This document shows positions 1-8,744 of a stretch of 32,000 nucleotides of DNA, piece after piece. This DNA is from Kiritimatiella glycovorans (GTDB lineage Bacteria > Verrucomicrobiota > Kiritimatiellia > Kiritimatiellales > Kiritimatiellaceae), in contig NZ_CP010904.1 of assembly GCF_001017655.1 (NCBI RefSeq), positions 810,001 through 842,000 of the forward strand, written 5' to 3'. The position numbers and the translations under genes are program-made. The notes below the pieces were generated by a model. It saw nothing but the letters and a program-made list of their open reading frames with translations. It was not told the DNA's origin and did not search any database. Within the stretch, counting starts at the first letter, position 1. Each line of letters opens with the position of its first letter.

Positions 1-2489
1 TTGAGCAACGCGGAACCGGAGGCGGTCAGGCTGGCGAGTGGTCCCTCGCGGGCATCGGAGAACGGCAGTAGATTGCGCAGCTTGCCCAGAGCGTTTTTGA
101 GCATGGTGAAGGGATAGGTCACCGCCGACCAGATCCCTTCGCCCAAGGTGACGAGCAGCTTCTTGCCCGCCTCGAAGAAGGTGGTGTCCCCGGCGAAGAA
201 GGAACGCACGGTGGCAAACATCTCCCGCAGGGTGCTGATGATCGGCAGATTCAGAATCGCCTGGCCGATCTGTCCGGCGGCGTCGGCCACCAGGCGTCCG
301 ATGGAGGTGAAGATGCCGGACATGAAATTCCAGACCCCGACCACCACATCCCGCGCCCAGCGGAACGGGGTGGCAAGAAAATCGTAGACCGCGCCGCCAA
401 TGGCCTTTAGACCGTCCAGCAGGGAGATGTCGCCGGTCAGCACCTGCCAGACCGCATAGACGATCTTCCCGGCGGCCACGAATGCCTCGCCGATCATGCG
501 CACGGGCAGCAGGAACTTGTAGATGAACTTGGTCGCTCCGATCAGGGACCCGACGAGGATCTTGCCGACCCAGACCACGCTGCGCACCACCACCGCCAGG
601 GCTCGGACGATGAGCGACAGGTTCCAGGCCACGATCTTCAACGCGAATGCCAGCCCCCGCAGAAGCACACCGGCGACGGTGCCGATAACCGTGCCGAAGG
701 TACGCCAGGACGACCCGTCGGTGGCGCTGGCCGCCACGCCGAAGATTTCCACCACTGAAAGGACCGCGCTGGCCAGTGCCGCATAGGCGCTCATCAGGGT
801 GCGGACGGTTGGTTCGAGGATGGCGCGGATGCGGCCAAAGGCATGGGAGAACGCGCCCCACAATCCGGCCAGAGCCTCGCGAACACGGTAATAAGCCTTG
901 AAGACGGTGACCACGAAACCCAGCAGTCCGGCGGATTCGAGCTTTTGGGCCAGTTCGGCCGACATCTGCCCGCCGCCGCCGCTGAGCGAACCCACCAGCT
1001 CTCTGATCCCCTGGAAGAGCAGCGTGACCTTGTTCCATGCCCCGGTGATGACATCCTGGATGCCGCCGAAGTTGGTTTCCCAGGCGCGTTTGAGCAGATA
1101 CACCGAAAGGATCACGCCCGCGATGATCGCGGTGACGGGCAGAAAATAGGTCGCGACCGCCGAACCCACCCCGGCCAGCGCGGCGCTGATGGCCACGAAC
1201 CCGGCCTTGATGGCGGGAAGCATGAGTCCCACCATGCCCACGGCGGCGGTGACGGCTCCGGCCACGACCAGAATGGTGCCGAAGGCCATGGACAGCCCCA
1301 GGATCACCCGGGTCACGCCCGGCATCGATTTGGCCATGCGCTGCAGGAACAGAATGAAGCGGGAGACCCCGTTGATCACCGGCGTGACCACCGGCAGCAG
1401 AGTGCGGCCCAGGATTTCGCTGAGGTTGGCCATCTGCTGGCGCAGGAGCAGAAACCGGGCTCCGATGTCCTGGTTCATGGCGTCAGCCATCTGTTCGGTG
1501 ACCGCCGTGCCGGTCTTCATGGCCCGGCCCACCGACTGGATATTGCCTTCGAGGCTCTCCATGCCCGCCGACATCTGCAACAGGAACTTGACCGCCTCGT
1601 CGGAGCCGAAGGCCTTCTTCAGCTTCACCTGGGCGGCGGCGTTGGAGAGGTCGGGGAACTGGCGCTTGATCTCCTGCAGGATGGGAACCACGCCCTTGAG
1701 ACGGCCGCTGGTGTCGGTGAAGGACAGCCCCAGCTCGTCCCCGGCCTCGGCCGCCTTCATGATGAACGCCTTGTACAGCGTGCCCGCCTCGGAGCCGGGC
1801 ATGGTGGTCTGAAGCTGGCCAAGCACGGCGAGCTGCTCGTTCAGGGGAATGTTGCTCGCCGCCGCCACCGCGCCGATGTTCTTGATGGCGTCGGCCATCT
1901 GGGTGCCATTGGTCTTGAACGAGGCCACGGTCTGCGCCATGGCTCCGGAAAAGGCGGTCGCCCATTCCATGTCGTTCATGTCGGCCATGATGGGCTTGAA
2001 GATCCCGTAGGCGGTGGTGAAGGTGCCGACCATCTCCTGGGTGGTGGCTTTGGTCGCCTTGGCGGTCATGGCGGCCATGGAGGTGAAGACGCCCACCGCC
2101 TCATCGCTGAGGTTGGACAGGGCCGATTTTACGTCATAGGTGGCGGTGATGAAGGCGGCCTTGTCGGCACCGGACCATTGGTTGGTGAAGGATTCGGCGG
2201 CGTCCTCGATGGCACGGAGATCCTGCACGCCCAAGGACGCCAGATCTCCCAGGGCCTTCTGGGTCGCGGTGGTGGAGGCGACCAGGGCGGCGGGCATGGC
2301 CATCAGGGCCAGTCCCGCCCCCAGCATCATGGTGCCTTGCTGGATGCGGTCCAGGTTGCGGGTCATCCGCTCGCTGGCATCCGCCACGGTGGAATCGAGG
2401 TCCATCATGGAACCACGGATGCGCTGCGCGTTCTGCGAGAACGCATCCTTCATCGATACCACTATGCCCAGTCCGAGATCGCCGTTCAT
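1..2489 (-). CDS. Phage tail tape measure protein (C-terminal part lies beyond window start)
   Basis: Absent from the ORF track because it has no stop in the window. Manual minus-strand translation from ATG 2489-2487 stays open to base 1 (about 829 codons): MNGDLGLGIVVSMKDAFSQNAQRIRGSMMDLDSTVADASERMTRNLDRIQQGTMMLGAGLALMAM...IKNIGAVAAASNIPLNEQLAVLGQLQTTMPGSEAGTLYKAFIMKAAEAGDELGLSFTDTSGRLKGVVPILQEIKRQF... This resembles a TP901/TIGR01760-type tape-measure core, followed by Gly/Ala/Val-rich hydrophobic helices. It lies directly after the tail chaperone. Confidence 0.85.
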   Translation of the reverse strand, partial: MNGDLGLGIVVSMKDAFSQNAQRIRGSMMDLDSTVADASERMTRNLDRIQQGTMMLGAGLALMAMPAALVASTTATQKALGDLASLGVQDLRAIEDAAESFTNQWSGADKAAFITATYDVKSALSNLSDEAVGVFTSMAAMTAKATKATTQEMVGTFTTAYGIFKPIMADMNDMEWATAFSGAMAQTVASFKTNGTQMADAIKNIGAVAAASNIPLNEQLAVLGQLQTTMPGSEAGTLYKAFIMKAAEAGDELGLSFTDTSGRLKGVVPILQEIKRQFPDLSNAAAQVKLKKAFGSDEAVKFLLQMSAGMESLEGNIQSVGRAMKTGTAVTEQMADAMNQDIGARFLLLRQQMANLSEILGRTLLPVVTPVINGVSRFILFLQRMAKSMPGVTRVILGLSMAFGTILVVAGAVTAAVGMVGLMLPAIKAGFVAISAALAGVGSAVATYFLPVTAIIAGVILSVYLLKRAWETNFGGIQDVITGAWNKVTLLFQGIRELVGSLSGGGGQMSAELAQKLESAGLLGFVVTVFKAYYRVREALAGLWGAFSHAFGRIRAILEPTVRTLMSAYAALASAVLSVVEIFGVAASATDGSSWRTFGTVIGTVAGVLLRGLAFALKIVAWNLSLIVRALAVVVRSVVWVGKILVGSLIGATKFIYKFLLPVRMIGEAFVAAGKIVYAVWQVLTGDISLLDGLKAIGGAVYDFLATPFRWARDVVVGVWNFMSGIFTSIGRLVADAAGQIGQAILNLPIISTLREMFATVRSFFAGDTTFFEAGKKLLVTLGEGIWSAVTYPFTMLKNALGKLRNLLPFSDAREGPLASLTASGSALL

Positions 2490-2660
2490 CTATCGCCGTT
2501 CCGTTTGCTCATGTTCAAAATCAAGTTGCCGCTCAAGGGCCTCGACGAACTGACGCCGGACCCTGAGCGGCAGCGAGCGGGTTTCCGACCAGCTCCAGTG
2601 CAGTCCGCCGTAAGCGAGAAAGAATGCGTCGCTTACAAGCGAACTCCAGGGAACAAAAAA
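2490..2660 (-). CDS. Predicted -1 frameshift extension of the tail assembly chaperone (G/GT-like long form)
   Basis: A slippery heptamer T_TTT_TTG (plus-strand caaaaaa, 2654-2660) sits in the zero frame (GCT TTT TTG) 7 codons before the chaperone stop. The -1 frame is open from there for about 55 codons (VPWSSLVSDAFFLAYGGLHWSWSETRSLPLRVRRQFVEALERQLDFEHEQTERR). It stops at TAG 2492-2490, directly abutting the tape-measure ATG at 2489. Confidence 0.55.
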   Translation of the reverse strand, partial: FFVPWSSLVSDAFFLAYGGLHWSWSETRSLPLRVRRQFVEALERQLDFEHEQTERR

Positions 2661-3316
2661 GCCGGTTCGGCCTCCAGACGGGTGCGGATCTTAGTGCCGC
2701 AGCCATCGCATTCGGTCTCGACCGAGGTGTCGATTCCCGCGTCGACCCGCAACATCTCCTGCCGCAGGGCGTTGCGGTCGCGCATCGACATTTCCGCCAG
2801 GCTCTTCTTGGAGGGAGCCTTGCCGTCGATGTCGAGGACGCGGATGAGCATGGCCGAGGTGATGTTGGGCTCGCGCAGGCTGGCCAGGCGTTTTTCCTTA
2901 TGGCCGTCAAGATATCCGAAGCGCACGGTTTTCTTCGAGCCGGGCAGTTTGAAGACGAACTCCCGCTCCTCGCCGTAGGGGGTAACCTTGAGATCCTCGA
3001 GATTGATGGTCACAAAGTTGGTCATGCGGCAGGCGCTGTTCGGGCAGCTCAGCTCCAGCTCCACCTCGTCGCCGAGGGAAATCTGGCGCAGGCGGACCAG
3101 GGCGAACAGCCGGTCACCCGAGAGCAGGTTCATCACCTCGGCGAGATCGGGATCGGTCTTCTCGCCCAGCCGGACGAAACAGTTGCGGAGCACCTGGTTG
3201 ATCGCCTCTCCGGAACGGATCAGGCGCTGGTTGGTGAGCAGTTCTTCCTCGGCCCCGGTCATTTCCCGAAGCTCGAGTTCAGGGCCGCTTGGCAGTTCAA
3301 AGCTGTACATGGTCAA
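2633..3316 (-). CDS. Tail assembly chaperone (T4 gp26 / 'T4 baseplate' PF12322-like by recalled pattern)
   Basis: 227-aa ORF between the tube and tape-measure genes. The pattern LPSG..ELELREMTGAEEELL...LLSGDRLFALVRLRQISLGD...CPNSAC and the C-terminal CDGCG resemble the 206-232 aa T4 gp26-like family. Its position and the downstream frameshift fit a chaperone role. Confidence 0.6.
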   Translation of the reverse strand: MTMYSFELPSGPELELREMTGAEEELLTNQRLIRSGEAINQVLRNCFVRLGEKTDPDLAEVMNLLSGDRLFALVRLRQISLGDEVELELSCPNSACRMTNFVTINLEDLKVTPYGEEREFVFKLPGSKKTVRFGYLDGHKEKRLASLREPNITSAMLIRVLDIDGKAPSKKSLAEMSMRDRNALRQEMLRVDAGIDTSVETECDGCGTKIRTRLEAEPAFLFPGVRL

Positions 3317-3325
3317 TCCTCCGGT

Positions 3326-3787
3326 TTAGGTCCAGTATTGGAAGCAGATGGTGAGCTTCTCGATGGTGTTCTCGGTGTTGCCGCCTTCGAGCTCGTCATA
3401 TTCGAGCGCCTTCACCCAGGCCCCGTGCAGGGTCCAGCGGCGGGTCTCGTTGCCGGTGCGGTCGTAGCGGACAACGTCGATGTCGCGCATGTAGTCGGCC
3501 GGAAGGCCGCCGGTGACAGCGTTCACGTCTACCTGTTTCTTGATCCATTCGCGGGCCGCCTCGTCGGAGCCATCCTGCAGGGTGCCTTTCTCGAGGGTGA
3601 TGTCCTCGAACTTGACCCGCCCCGCCACCTTCTGGTCGAACATCGAACCGGCCGGGGCGAAGGCCACTTCCTCGAATTCGGTTTTGGGCTCCTGTCCCTT
3701 GTGGAACAGGGCCACGTCGAAGCCGTTTACCTCGATGGCAAACTGCCAGTTCTGATAAAGGCTCTTAGGCATGTTTCCGCTTCTCAT
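3326..3787 (-). CDS. Contractile tail tube protein (T4 gp19 / PF06841-like)
   Basis: 153 aa: NWQFAIEVNGFDVALFHKGQEPKTEFEEVAFAPAGS...KFEDITLEKGT...RWTLHGAWVKALEYDELEGGNTENTIEKLTICFQYWT. This matches the conserved phage tail region / tube family pattern. It lies immediately downstream of the sheath gene. Confidence 0.8.
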   Translation of the reverse strand: MRSGNMPKSLYQNWQFAIEVNGFDVALFHKGQEPKTEFEEVAFAPAGSMFDQKVAGRVKFEDITLEKGTLQDGSDEAAREWIKKQVDVNAVTGGLPADYMRDIDVVRYDRTGNETRRWTLHGAWVKALEYDELEGGNTENTIEKLTICFQYWT

Positions 3788-3802
3788 AGCCGTATTCTCC
3801 CG

Positions 3803-5332
3803 TTAGATGATTTCTTTGAAGTCCGCGCCGGTGCTGGTCAGGATGAAGTTCAGCTCGATGAACTCCGCCGTTTTGGTCGGCTTGACGAACACGCGGGCCA
3901 CCATTTCGTTGCGGTCGATGACCGCCGGGGTGTTGGTCTCCTCGTCGCACTGAAAGGCGAAGTCGTAGAGGCCACCCTTGTCCTTGATGTCCTGCAGGAA
4001 GGGATTGATCAGGCGGCCGAGGGCACGCCAGGTCTGGGGATGGTTCGGCTCGAACACCACGAAGCGAGAGGACTCCGAGATGGCTTCCTCCATGTACATC
4101 ATCAGGCGGCGCACGTTGATGCGGTCCACGGCCGAGGGCTGGCTCTGCAGTGTCTTCTGCCCCCAGATGTTGATGCCGGTGTCGGGGAACACGGCGATGA
4201 CGTTGATCCCCTCCGGATAGAGCACATCGCGCTCGCCACGGCTGGTCTTGTAGGCCAGGGAGAGCGTGTTGAAGATGCGGCCACGGTCGATACCGGCGGG
4301 CGCGTTCCAGACGTTGGTCTTCTGGTCGCTGCGGGCGATGCAGCCAGCCACCGCGCCGCAGGGCGGCACCAGTTTCTTGCGCGAGTTGACCGGATCGCTG
4401 ATCTCCAGCCAGGGGAAATAGAGCGCCGCGTAGGAGGAGTTGAAGGCCGCGTGGCTGTACATCCCTTGTCCCTTGCGGAAGTCGACCGCTTCGAGCGGCT
4501 CCAGATGCATGGGCGTGTCGGCGATGAACAGCAGATCCTTGCGTCCTTCGGCATAGGTGATTCCAGCGTTGATGACCGGCACCGTGGTGACGCCGGGAAC
4601 CATCAGCAGATTCAGGGCGTCGATCTCGTCAAAGCCATAGAGGCCGGTATGCTGCGAGGGATCGCCGATGAAATCGGCATCGGCCAGATCGGTCAGTCCA
4701 TTGTCGCCGCCGCCGAGCGTGAACCCGCCCAAGGCCGGACGGTCGCCGGGCGTTCCCATTGCTGCTGCCAGATCCTGGACCAGGATGAAATCCGAACGGT
4801 CGTTGATCGTCAGCTCCACATGGTTGGGCAGCGTCTCGTCCATGCTCAGATCCTTGAACACCTCGACCACATCGCCTTTGTGCCGGACCACCAGGTTGAA
4901 ATGGTTGGCCGGGTCAAGGGAGCCGTCCTCGATGGAGACGGAGAGCCGGTCGCCCCAGACGCCTTCGTTCACGGCCTCGATCCGCAGGGCGTCGGCGGGC
5001 GTCGCCTCCCGGTTCTGCAGCACGATGGAAGACTTGAGCGCCGTCAGAGTGTCCCGGTCGGTTGGGTCGGTGAGATGGGCGATACGGATGACATAGAGGA
5101 CCGAGCCGCCGTTGTCGAAAAACGCCCGGGCGGCGTAGGCCAGATAGCTCTCGTTGATGTAGGAGCCGAAACGGTTGATGAACTGCTCCCAGCTCGTCAC
5201 CAGCACGGGCTTGTTGATGGGGCCTTTCTCGGCCACTCCGACCATGGCGGCCGACGAGGTCGAGATCTGCTTCACATAGAAACTGAAGTCCGTTTCCCGG
5301 GTGTAAATCCCGGGGGATAGATAGGTCGGCAT
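3803..5332 (-). CDS. Contractile tail sheath protein
   Basis: 509 aa with the N-terminus MPTYLSPGIYTRETDFS typical of phage, PVC and T4 gp18-type sheaths (PF04984-like). The size and the sheath-tube gene order also fit. Confidence 0.9.
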   Translation of the reverse strand: MPTYLSPGIYTRETDFSFYVKQISTSSAAMVGVAEKGPINKPVLVTSWEQFINRFGSYINESYLAYAARAFFDNGGSVLYVIRIAHLTDPTDRDTLTALKSSIVLQNREATPADALRIEAVNEGVWGDRLSVSIEDGSLDPANHFNLVVRHKGDVVEVFKDLSMDETLPNHVELTINDRSDFILVQDLAAAMGTPGDRPALGGFTLGGGDNGLTDLADADFIGDPSQHTGLYGFDEIDALNLLMVPGVTTVPVINAGITYAEGRKDLLFIADTPMHLEPLEAVDFRKGQGMYSHAAFNSSYAALYFPWLEISDPVNSRKKLVPPCGAVAGCIARSDQKTNVWNAPAGIDRGRIFNTLSLAYKTSRGERDVLYPEGINVIAVFPDTGINIWGQKTLQSQPSAVDRINVRRLMMYMEEAISESSRFVVFEPNHPQTWRALGRLINPFLQDIKDKGGLYDFAFQCDEETNTPAVIDRNEMVARVFVKPTKTAEFIELNFILTSTGADFKEII

Positions 5333-5334
5333 GG

Positions 5335-5592
5335 TTATTTCCTCCGCTTGCTGGTGGTCTTGGCCTCATCGGCTGCGGCGTCCTCGGTCGCCGTGGGTTT
5401 TTCCGGCTCCGGTTCCGCGCCGCCGGTCAGGTCGGTGATGCGCACCAGGCCGCGTTTTCCGGCGGTCTTGATCTCGGCGGAGAGGTCCATGCGGGCGATG
5501 CTCTTGCGTTCTCGCGGCCCGAGGTGAAGGGTTCCCTGGCCGGAGAGGTTGAACGTCAGGGGTTGGAACTGGAGGTTTCTGATCTCGATCAC
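5335..5592 (-). CDS. Small hypothetical phage protein (acidic, Lys/Arg-rich C-terminal tail)
   Basis: 85-aa ORF tightly packed between the 182-aa gene (stop 5605) and the sheath start (5332). No family recognised. Confidence 0.5.
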   Translation of the reverse strand: MIEIRNLQFQPLTFNLSGQGTLHLGPRERKSIARMDLSAEIKTAGKRGLVRITDLTGGAEPEPEKPTATEDAAADEAKTTSKRRK

Positions 5593-5604
5593 GGTTGTTC
5601 TCCT

Positions 5605-6153
5605 TTACGGTTGAATGGTTCGTTGCTCTGTCACGTCGCCGTGAAACTGGAAGGTCCGGTCCCGGATCAGCCGACCGTCGCGCAGGTCGCCGTCGTACAC
5701 CGGGCAGGATTCGATACGGATGCGTCCGGAGCTTTGCCGGAGGTTGGAGAGGTTCACCCGGGCCAGACCGCCCAGAGGAACCAGTTCAGTGAGGTTCAAA
5801 CTGCCCTGGTCGGCGATGGCGATCTCCGCGTGAAGCTGGAGGAACCGCGACACCGATTCGTGAAAACCGAGCAGTTCGGCCTCCCGGTCCACGGTCACCA
5901 CCAGATCGAAATCGAGGTGATAGAGCCTGGGAAACCGGCACTCCTCGAAACTCAGCTCCGCAACATTCTTCTCGAACAGGCGGCTCTGGCTGCGGCGGAA
6001 ACGGTCTTCCGTCAGCTTCGGCCCCTGGAGGATGACGCTGGGGGTGCGCTGGACCTCGAACAGGTCATCCGGGAACACCAGCACGGTGTCCGGGTGGATG
6101 ATCTGCTTGGCCAGGCGGATCAGTGTTTCTGTGACGGTCTGTATCGTGCTCAA
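5605..6153 (-). CDS. Putative tail completion / tail terminator protein (assigned by synteny)
   Basis: 182-aa ORF with a TTG start preceded by GGAGG. It is the first gene after the 34-bp repeat and occupies the slot between the head-tail joining genes and the sheath. No motif recognised. Confidence 0.45.
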   Translation of the reverse strand: MSTIQTVTETLIRLAKQIIHPDTVLVFPDDLFEVQRTPSVILQGPKLTEDRFRRSQSRLFEKNVAELSFEECRFPRLYHLDFDLVVTVDREAELLGFHESVSRFLQLHAEIAIADQGSLNLTELVPLGGLARVNLSNLRQSSGRIRIESCPVYDGDLRDGRLIRDRTFQFHGDVTEQRTIQP

Positions 6154-6177
6154 GGGACGCCTCCGTTTTCTGCTTGG

Positions 6178-6211
6178 TTACTTACCGGAAGCGCTGGCGA
6201 TGTGTCGGAGG
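6178..6211 (-). promoter_or_regulatory. Conserved 34-bp element, copy 1 (upstream of tail operon)
   Basis: The minus strand reads CCTCCGACACATCGCCAGCGCTTCCGGTAAGTAA. It matches 11588-11621 at 32 of 34 positions. It fills the gap between the stop of the gp10-like gene (6213) and the RBS and start of the 182-aa gene (6153). Confidence 0.5.
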
Positions 6212-6212
6212 C

Positions 6213-6698
6213 TCAAAGCGCGGAGCGGATCGCCTCGCGATAGTTCTGGAGGATCTGTTCGCGGTACTTCTCCATCACCGGATGCAGAAAGGGTCTGGCG
6301 GGGATGACGATGGTCGCGCCGTTCGGATGTTTAATGGTGGCTCCGTACTCCATGACGGCACCGATGTTCACCATGTCTTCACCGTCCTTGTTGACGGTGC
6401 CGCGCAGCAGGCCGACGAACGCCTTGTCGGCCATGATCTTCTGGGTGATGGCGTTGACGAGAAAGCCAGTGTCGATGAGCGCCTTGCTTGAGCCTTTGCG
6501 CAGGGTGGTGCTTTCGGCGAGTTTCACGAAGGCCTGTCCGCCCGGGGCCTGGGAGCGAATCCCCCGCTGGATCTCGCGCACCAGAAAAAGGGCGTTGCGG
6601 ATCGTGGCCTGACGCAGGGCCGTGGCCAGGCGCGGCCCCATGCCGGTGGTCAGCTTGGCGCGGGCCTTGTCCCAGTCACCGGTCCGCCTAACGCCCAT
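6213..6698 (-). CDS. HK97 gp10-family head-tail joining / tail component protein
   Basis: 161 aa containing ...IVIPARPFLHPVMEKY..., which is typical of PF04883-like proteins. It lies in the connector gene block and overlaps the upstream gene by 11 nt. Confidence 0.65.
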   Translation of the reverse strand: MGVRRTGDWDKARAKLTTGMGPRLATALRQATIRNALFLVREIQRGIRSQAPGGQAFVKLAESTTLRKGSSKALIDTGFLVNAITQKIMADKAFVGLLRGTVNKDGEDMVNIGAVMEYGATIKHPNGATIVIPARPFLHPVMEKYREQILQNYREAIRSAL

Positions 6699-7047
6699 TG
6701 AGCTTCACCAGTTGCAGGTTCTTGTGGGTGACGGCCCCGAAAAAGTGTTCTTCCTCCACACTCTGTATGCGATAGGTTTCCCGGTCTGCGGCCAAACGGT
6801 CTTCCCCCCGGACATCGGCATCCGGAAGAACGCAGGCGAGCGCGTCGATCTTGCCGCTCAGCTCCTCCGGCGGGGTTTCGTTCAGTTCGAGGGGGATGAC
6901 GGAGATTTCCGTGTATTGGGCATCGTCGGTGCCGTAGAGCCGCTCGCCGGGAACGACGCGCAGGACGCGTGCGGTCTGGCCGGAGGAGAGGATCAGCCGG
7001 GCGACGTCGGCCACGGCTTCGGCGCGTTCCCGGTCATTCAACAACAT
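6688..7047 (-). CDS. Head closure / head-tail adaptor protein (SPP1 gp16-like, by size and synteny)
   Basis: 119-aa ORF, translationally coupled on both sides by 11-14 nt overlaps. It lies between the gp6-like and gp10-like genes. Confidence 0.5.
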   Translation of the reverse strand: MLLNDRERAEAVADVARLILSSGQTARVLRVVPGERLYGTDDAQYTEISVIPLELNETPPEELSGKIDALACVLPDADVRGEDRLAADRETYRIQSVEEEHFFGAVTHKNLQLVKLNGR

Positions 7048-7498
7048 CGAGATCGATCCCTTGTTCGTAGATGACCGGCGTAAGGCCGCTCGGAGTCAGG
7101 ATGTAGGCTTCCTGATCGAGCTGGGTGGCCGGACGCAGCTCGGTGAGCCGCTGGCGGTAGTCGACGAGCAGATCGGCTTCGAGCTTGGCCCAATGGCCGG
7201 GCTGACCGGTTTTGTCCACCCGCTTGTCGCCGCTGGAAAAGGAGAAGGCGTTGGCGGTGGCCGAACGCATGACCTGGCAGGCGTGGATCTGCGCCATGAT
7301 AACCAGGAGCTCGCGGACCTCGCCGGTGGGATCGGGGGTGATCTCTCCGGCCGTGATCGTCAGCGATTGGTCGAGGTCACGGCCGACCCGGAAAACGGCC
7401 TTCCGGACGCATCTCTCCAGAGTCTGATCCTCGAAGAGAGATGCGCCCGGATCGGACAGGTCGAGCCGCAGGTCGGCGATCAGATCACTCAGCAGCAC
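7034..7498 (-). CDS. Head-tail connector protein (gp6-like)
   Basis: 154 aa. The N-terminus LLSDLIADLRLDLSDPGASLFEDQTLERCVRKAVFRV resembles the gp6-like DNA-packaging/connector family pattern. It follows the capsid genes. Confidence 0.5.
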   Translation of the reverse strand: MLLSDLIADLRLDLSDPGASLFEDQTLERCVRKAVFRVGRDLDQSLTITAGEITPDPTGEVRELLVIMAQIHACQVMRSATANAFSFSSGDKRVDKTGQPGHWAKLEADLLVDYRQRLTELRPATQLDQEAYILTPSGLTPVIYEQGIDLDVVE

Positions 7499-7844
7499 CT
7501 TGCAGACCCTCCAGACGGCTCTTGAGCGCGTCGATCACCGTGCGGCGTTTCTCGGTGTCCATGTAGCCTTTGAGGGTTTCCGGATTGGCTTCCTCGTTAA
7601 CCTTGGAAATGGCGTCGGTGGCGGAGAGTTTGCTCAGGTCCACCGGTTCCGCGTCCTGGTCAGGCTCTGGAGGGGCGAGCGGTTCCTGCTTCGGTTTGTC
7701 GGCCATGGCCAGGCGGCCGTTCTTGAGCGCCGCCTGGATCTGCTTGGTGAGGCGTTCCACCTCGACCACCTGACCGGGTTTGAGCTTCAACCCGGCGTCG
7801 GGGATCACCAGAACGCCGGGACGGATGTTCTTGATGCGATTCAT
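7485..7844 (-). CDS. Hypothetical phage head-associated protein
   Basis: 119-aa ORF directly after the major capsid gene. It has a Pro/Glu-rich linker and a helical C-terminal segment (LSKLSATDAISKVNEEANPETLKGYMDTEKRRTVIDALKSRL, possibly HeH/SAP-like). Confidence 0.5.
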   Translation of the reverse strand: MNRIKNIRPGVLVIPDAGLKLKPGQVVEVERLTKQIQAALKNGRLAMADKPKQEPLAPPEPDQDAEPVDLSKLSATDAISKVNEEANPETLKGYMDTEKRRTVIDALKSRLEGLQGAAE

Positions 7845-7862
7845 GTCACATCACCTCCAGGA

Positions 7863-8726
7863 TTACGGAACCAGTTTGACCTTGGCCATGATGTCGGGGC
7901 GGGTAATGCCCTGACCGATCTCGGACCACACCAGCCAGCCGGTCTTGAAGCGGGTCTTCTGATCGATGGACTCCGTCTTCAGGTTTTCGCGCACCGGCAT
8001 CTTTCCGACCTCTTCATCCGGGACGATGATGATCTCGTCCAACGGCATGGAGGCGGTCAGCAGAATGCCGCCGGTGCCGTAGTTCTTGATGACACCCTTC
8101 TGACGCAGCTCGAGCTTGGTCTGGGGATCGAGGTTCCAGCCGCGCATGTCGTTGAACCGGCGGCCGCGCATGACGATGTACTTCACCGACAGCTCCAGGT
8201 CCTCGATGATCGAGATGGCCTCGTTCAGCGCCTCTTCGGTGAGCAGGTCGCCGGTGACCTCGATGGTGTTGGTCGCCGGGATGGCCGAGGAGAGCACCGA
8301 GATGGTGCGGCGGTCCATCTCCTTGCGGATGGCGTCGGCGGCGCTGGTCTGGATGTCCATCAGCGTGCCGATGTTGCCGTTCTTGAGGACGGAAACGTCC
8401 ACCATCGGATTTGAGTGGATGCGGTTGGTGGGAAACTCGACCTCGTCCTTGCCCACCTCCTGTTCCTGAGCCTCACCTTCTTTACTGATCCAGTGGGCCT
8501 TGACCGTAGGCTTCTTCTGATAGACCGGTCGTTCGCCCTTGGGCAGCGTATGCTTGGTGAGCAGCAGCGAGGAGATCTCCTTGCGCTTGATCTCCTGTTC
8601 GATGGGCGCGGCGATGGCGGCGGCAAGCGCCTGCATGCCTTCCGGCGACTCGAGAGCCTCGCTCATGAGCCGCGCCATGGTTTCCATGTACTCCTGGGAA
8701 TGGATCTTCAACTGATTGGTTTTCAT
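7863..8726 (-). CDS. Major capsid protein, HK97 fold
   Basis: 287 aa, placed after the protease/scaffold and decoration genes. The segment ...TGDLLTEEALNEAISIIEDLELSVKYIVMRGRRFNDMRGWNL... fits the HK97-family MCP pattern. Confidence 0.75.
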   Translation of the reverse strand: MKTNQLKIHSQEYMETMARLMSEALESPEGMQALAAAIAAPIEQEIKRKEISSLLLTKHTLPKGERPVYQKKPTVKAHWISKEGEAQEQEVGKDEVEFPTNRIHSNPMVDVSVLKNGNIGTLMDIQTSAADAIRKEMDRRTISVLSSAIPATNTIEVTGDLLTEEALNEAISIIEDLELSVKYIVMRGRRFNDMRGWNLDPQTKLELRQKGVIKNYGTGGILLTASMPLDEIIIVPDEEVGKMPVRENLKTESIDQKTRFKTGWLVWSEIGQGITRPDIMAKVKLVP

Positions 8727-8744
8727 GTGCGTTGGCTCCTTGGG

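Noticed and set aside
843-5320. Long plus-strand ORFs (843-2978, 711 aa; 2624-5320, 898 aa) opposite the tape measure, chaperone, tube and sheath genes
   Set aside because: They have His/Gly/Asp/Arg-rich low-complexity translations and no recognisable motifs. The minus strand encodes unmistakable tail proteins, so these are antisense shadow ORFs.
3326-5332. Sheath and tube pair as a T6SS or extracellular contractile injection system (Afp/PVC-like)
   Set aside because: Capsid, connector and frameshifting chaperone genes are contiguous and co-oriented. There is no AAA+ ATPase, VgrG/PAAR or TssB/C-type split sheath in view, so a myovirus-type tail is the simplest reading. The baseplate lies outside the window, so this cannot be fully excluded.
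7863-8726. 287-aa HK97-fold protein as an encapsulin shell with the upstream fusion protein as cargo
   Set aside because: It is followed by head-tail connector, sheath, tube and tape-measure genes and preceded by decoration and protease/scaffold functions. This is a phage head-tail module, not an encapsulin operon.
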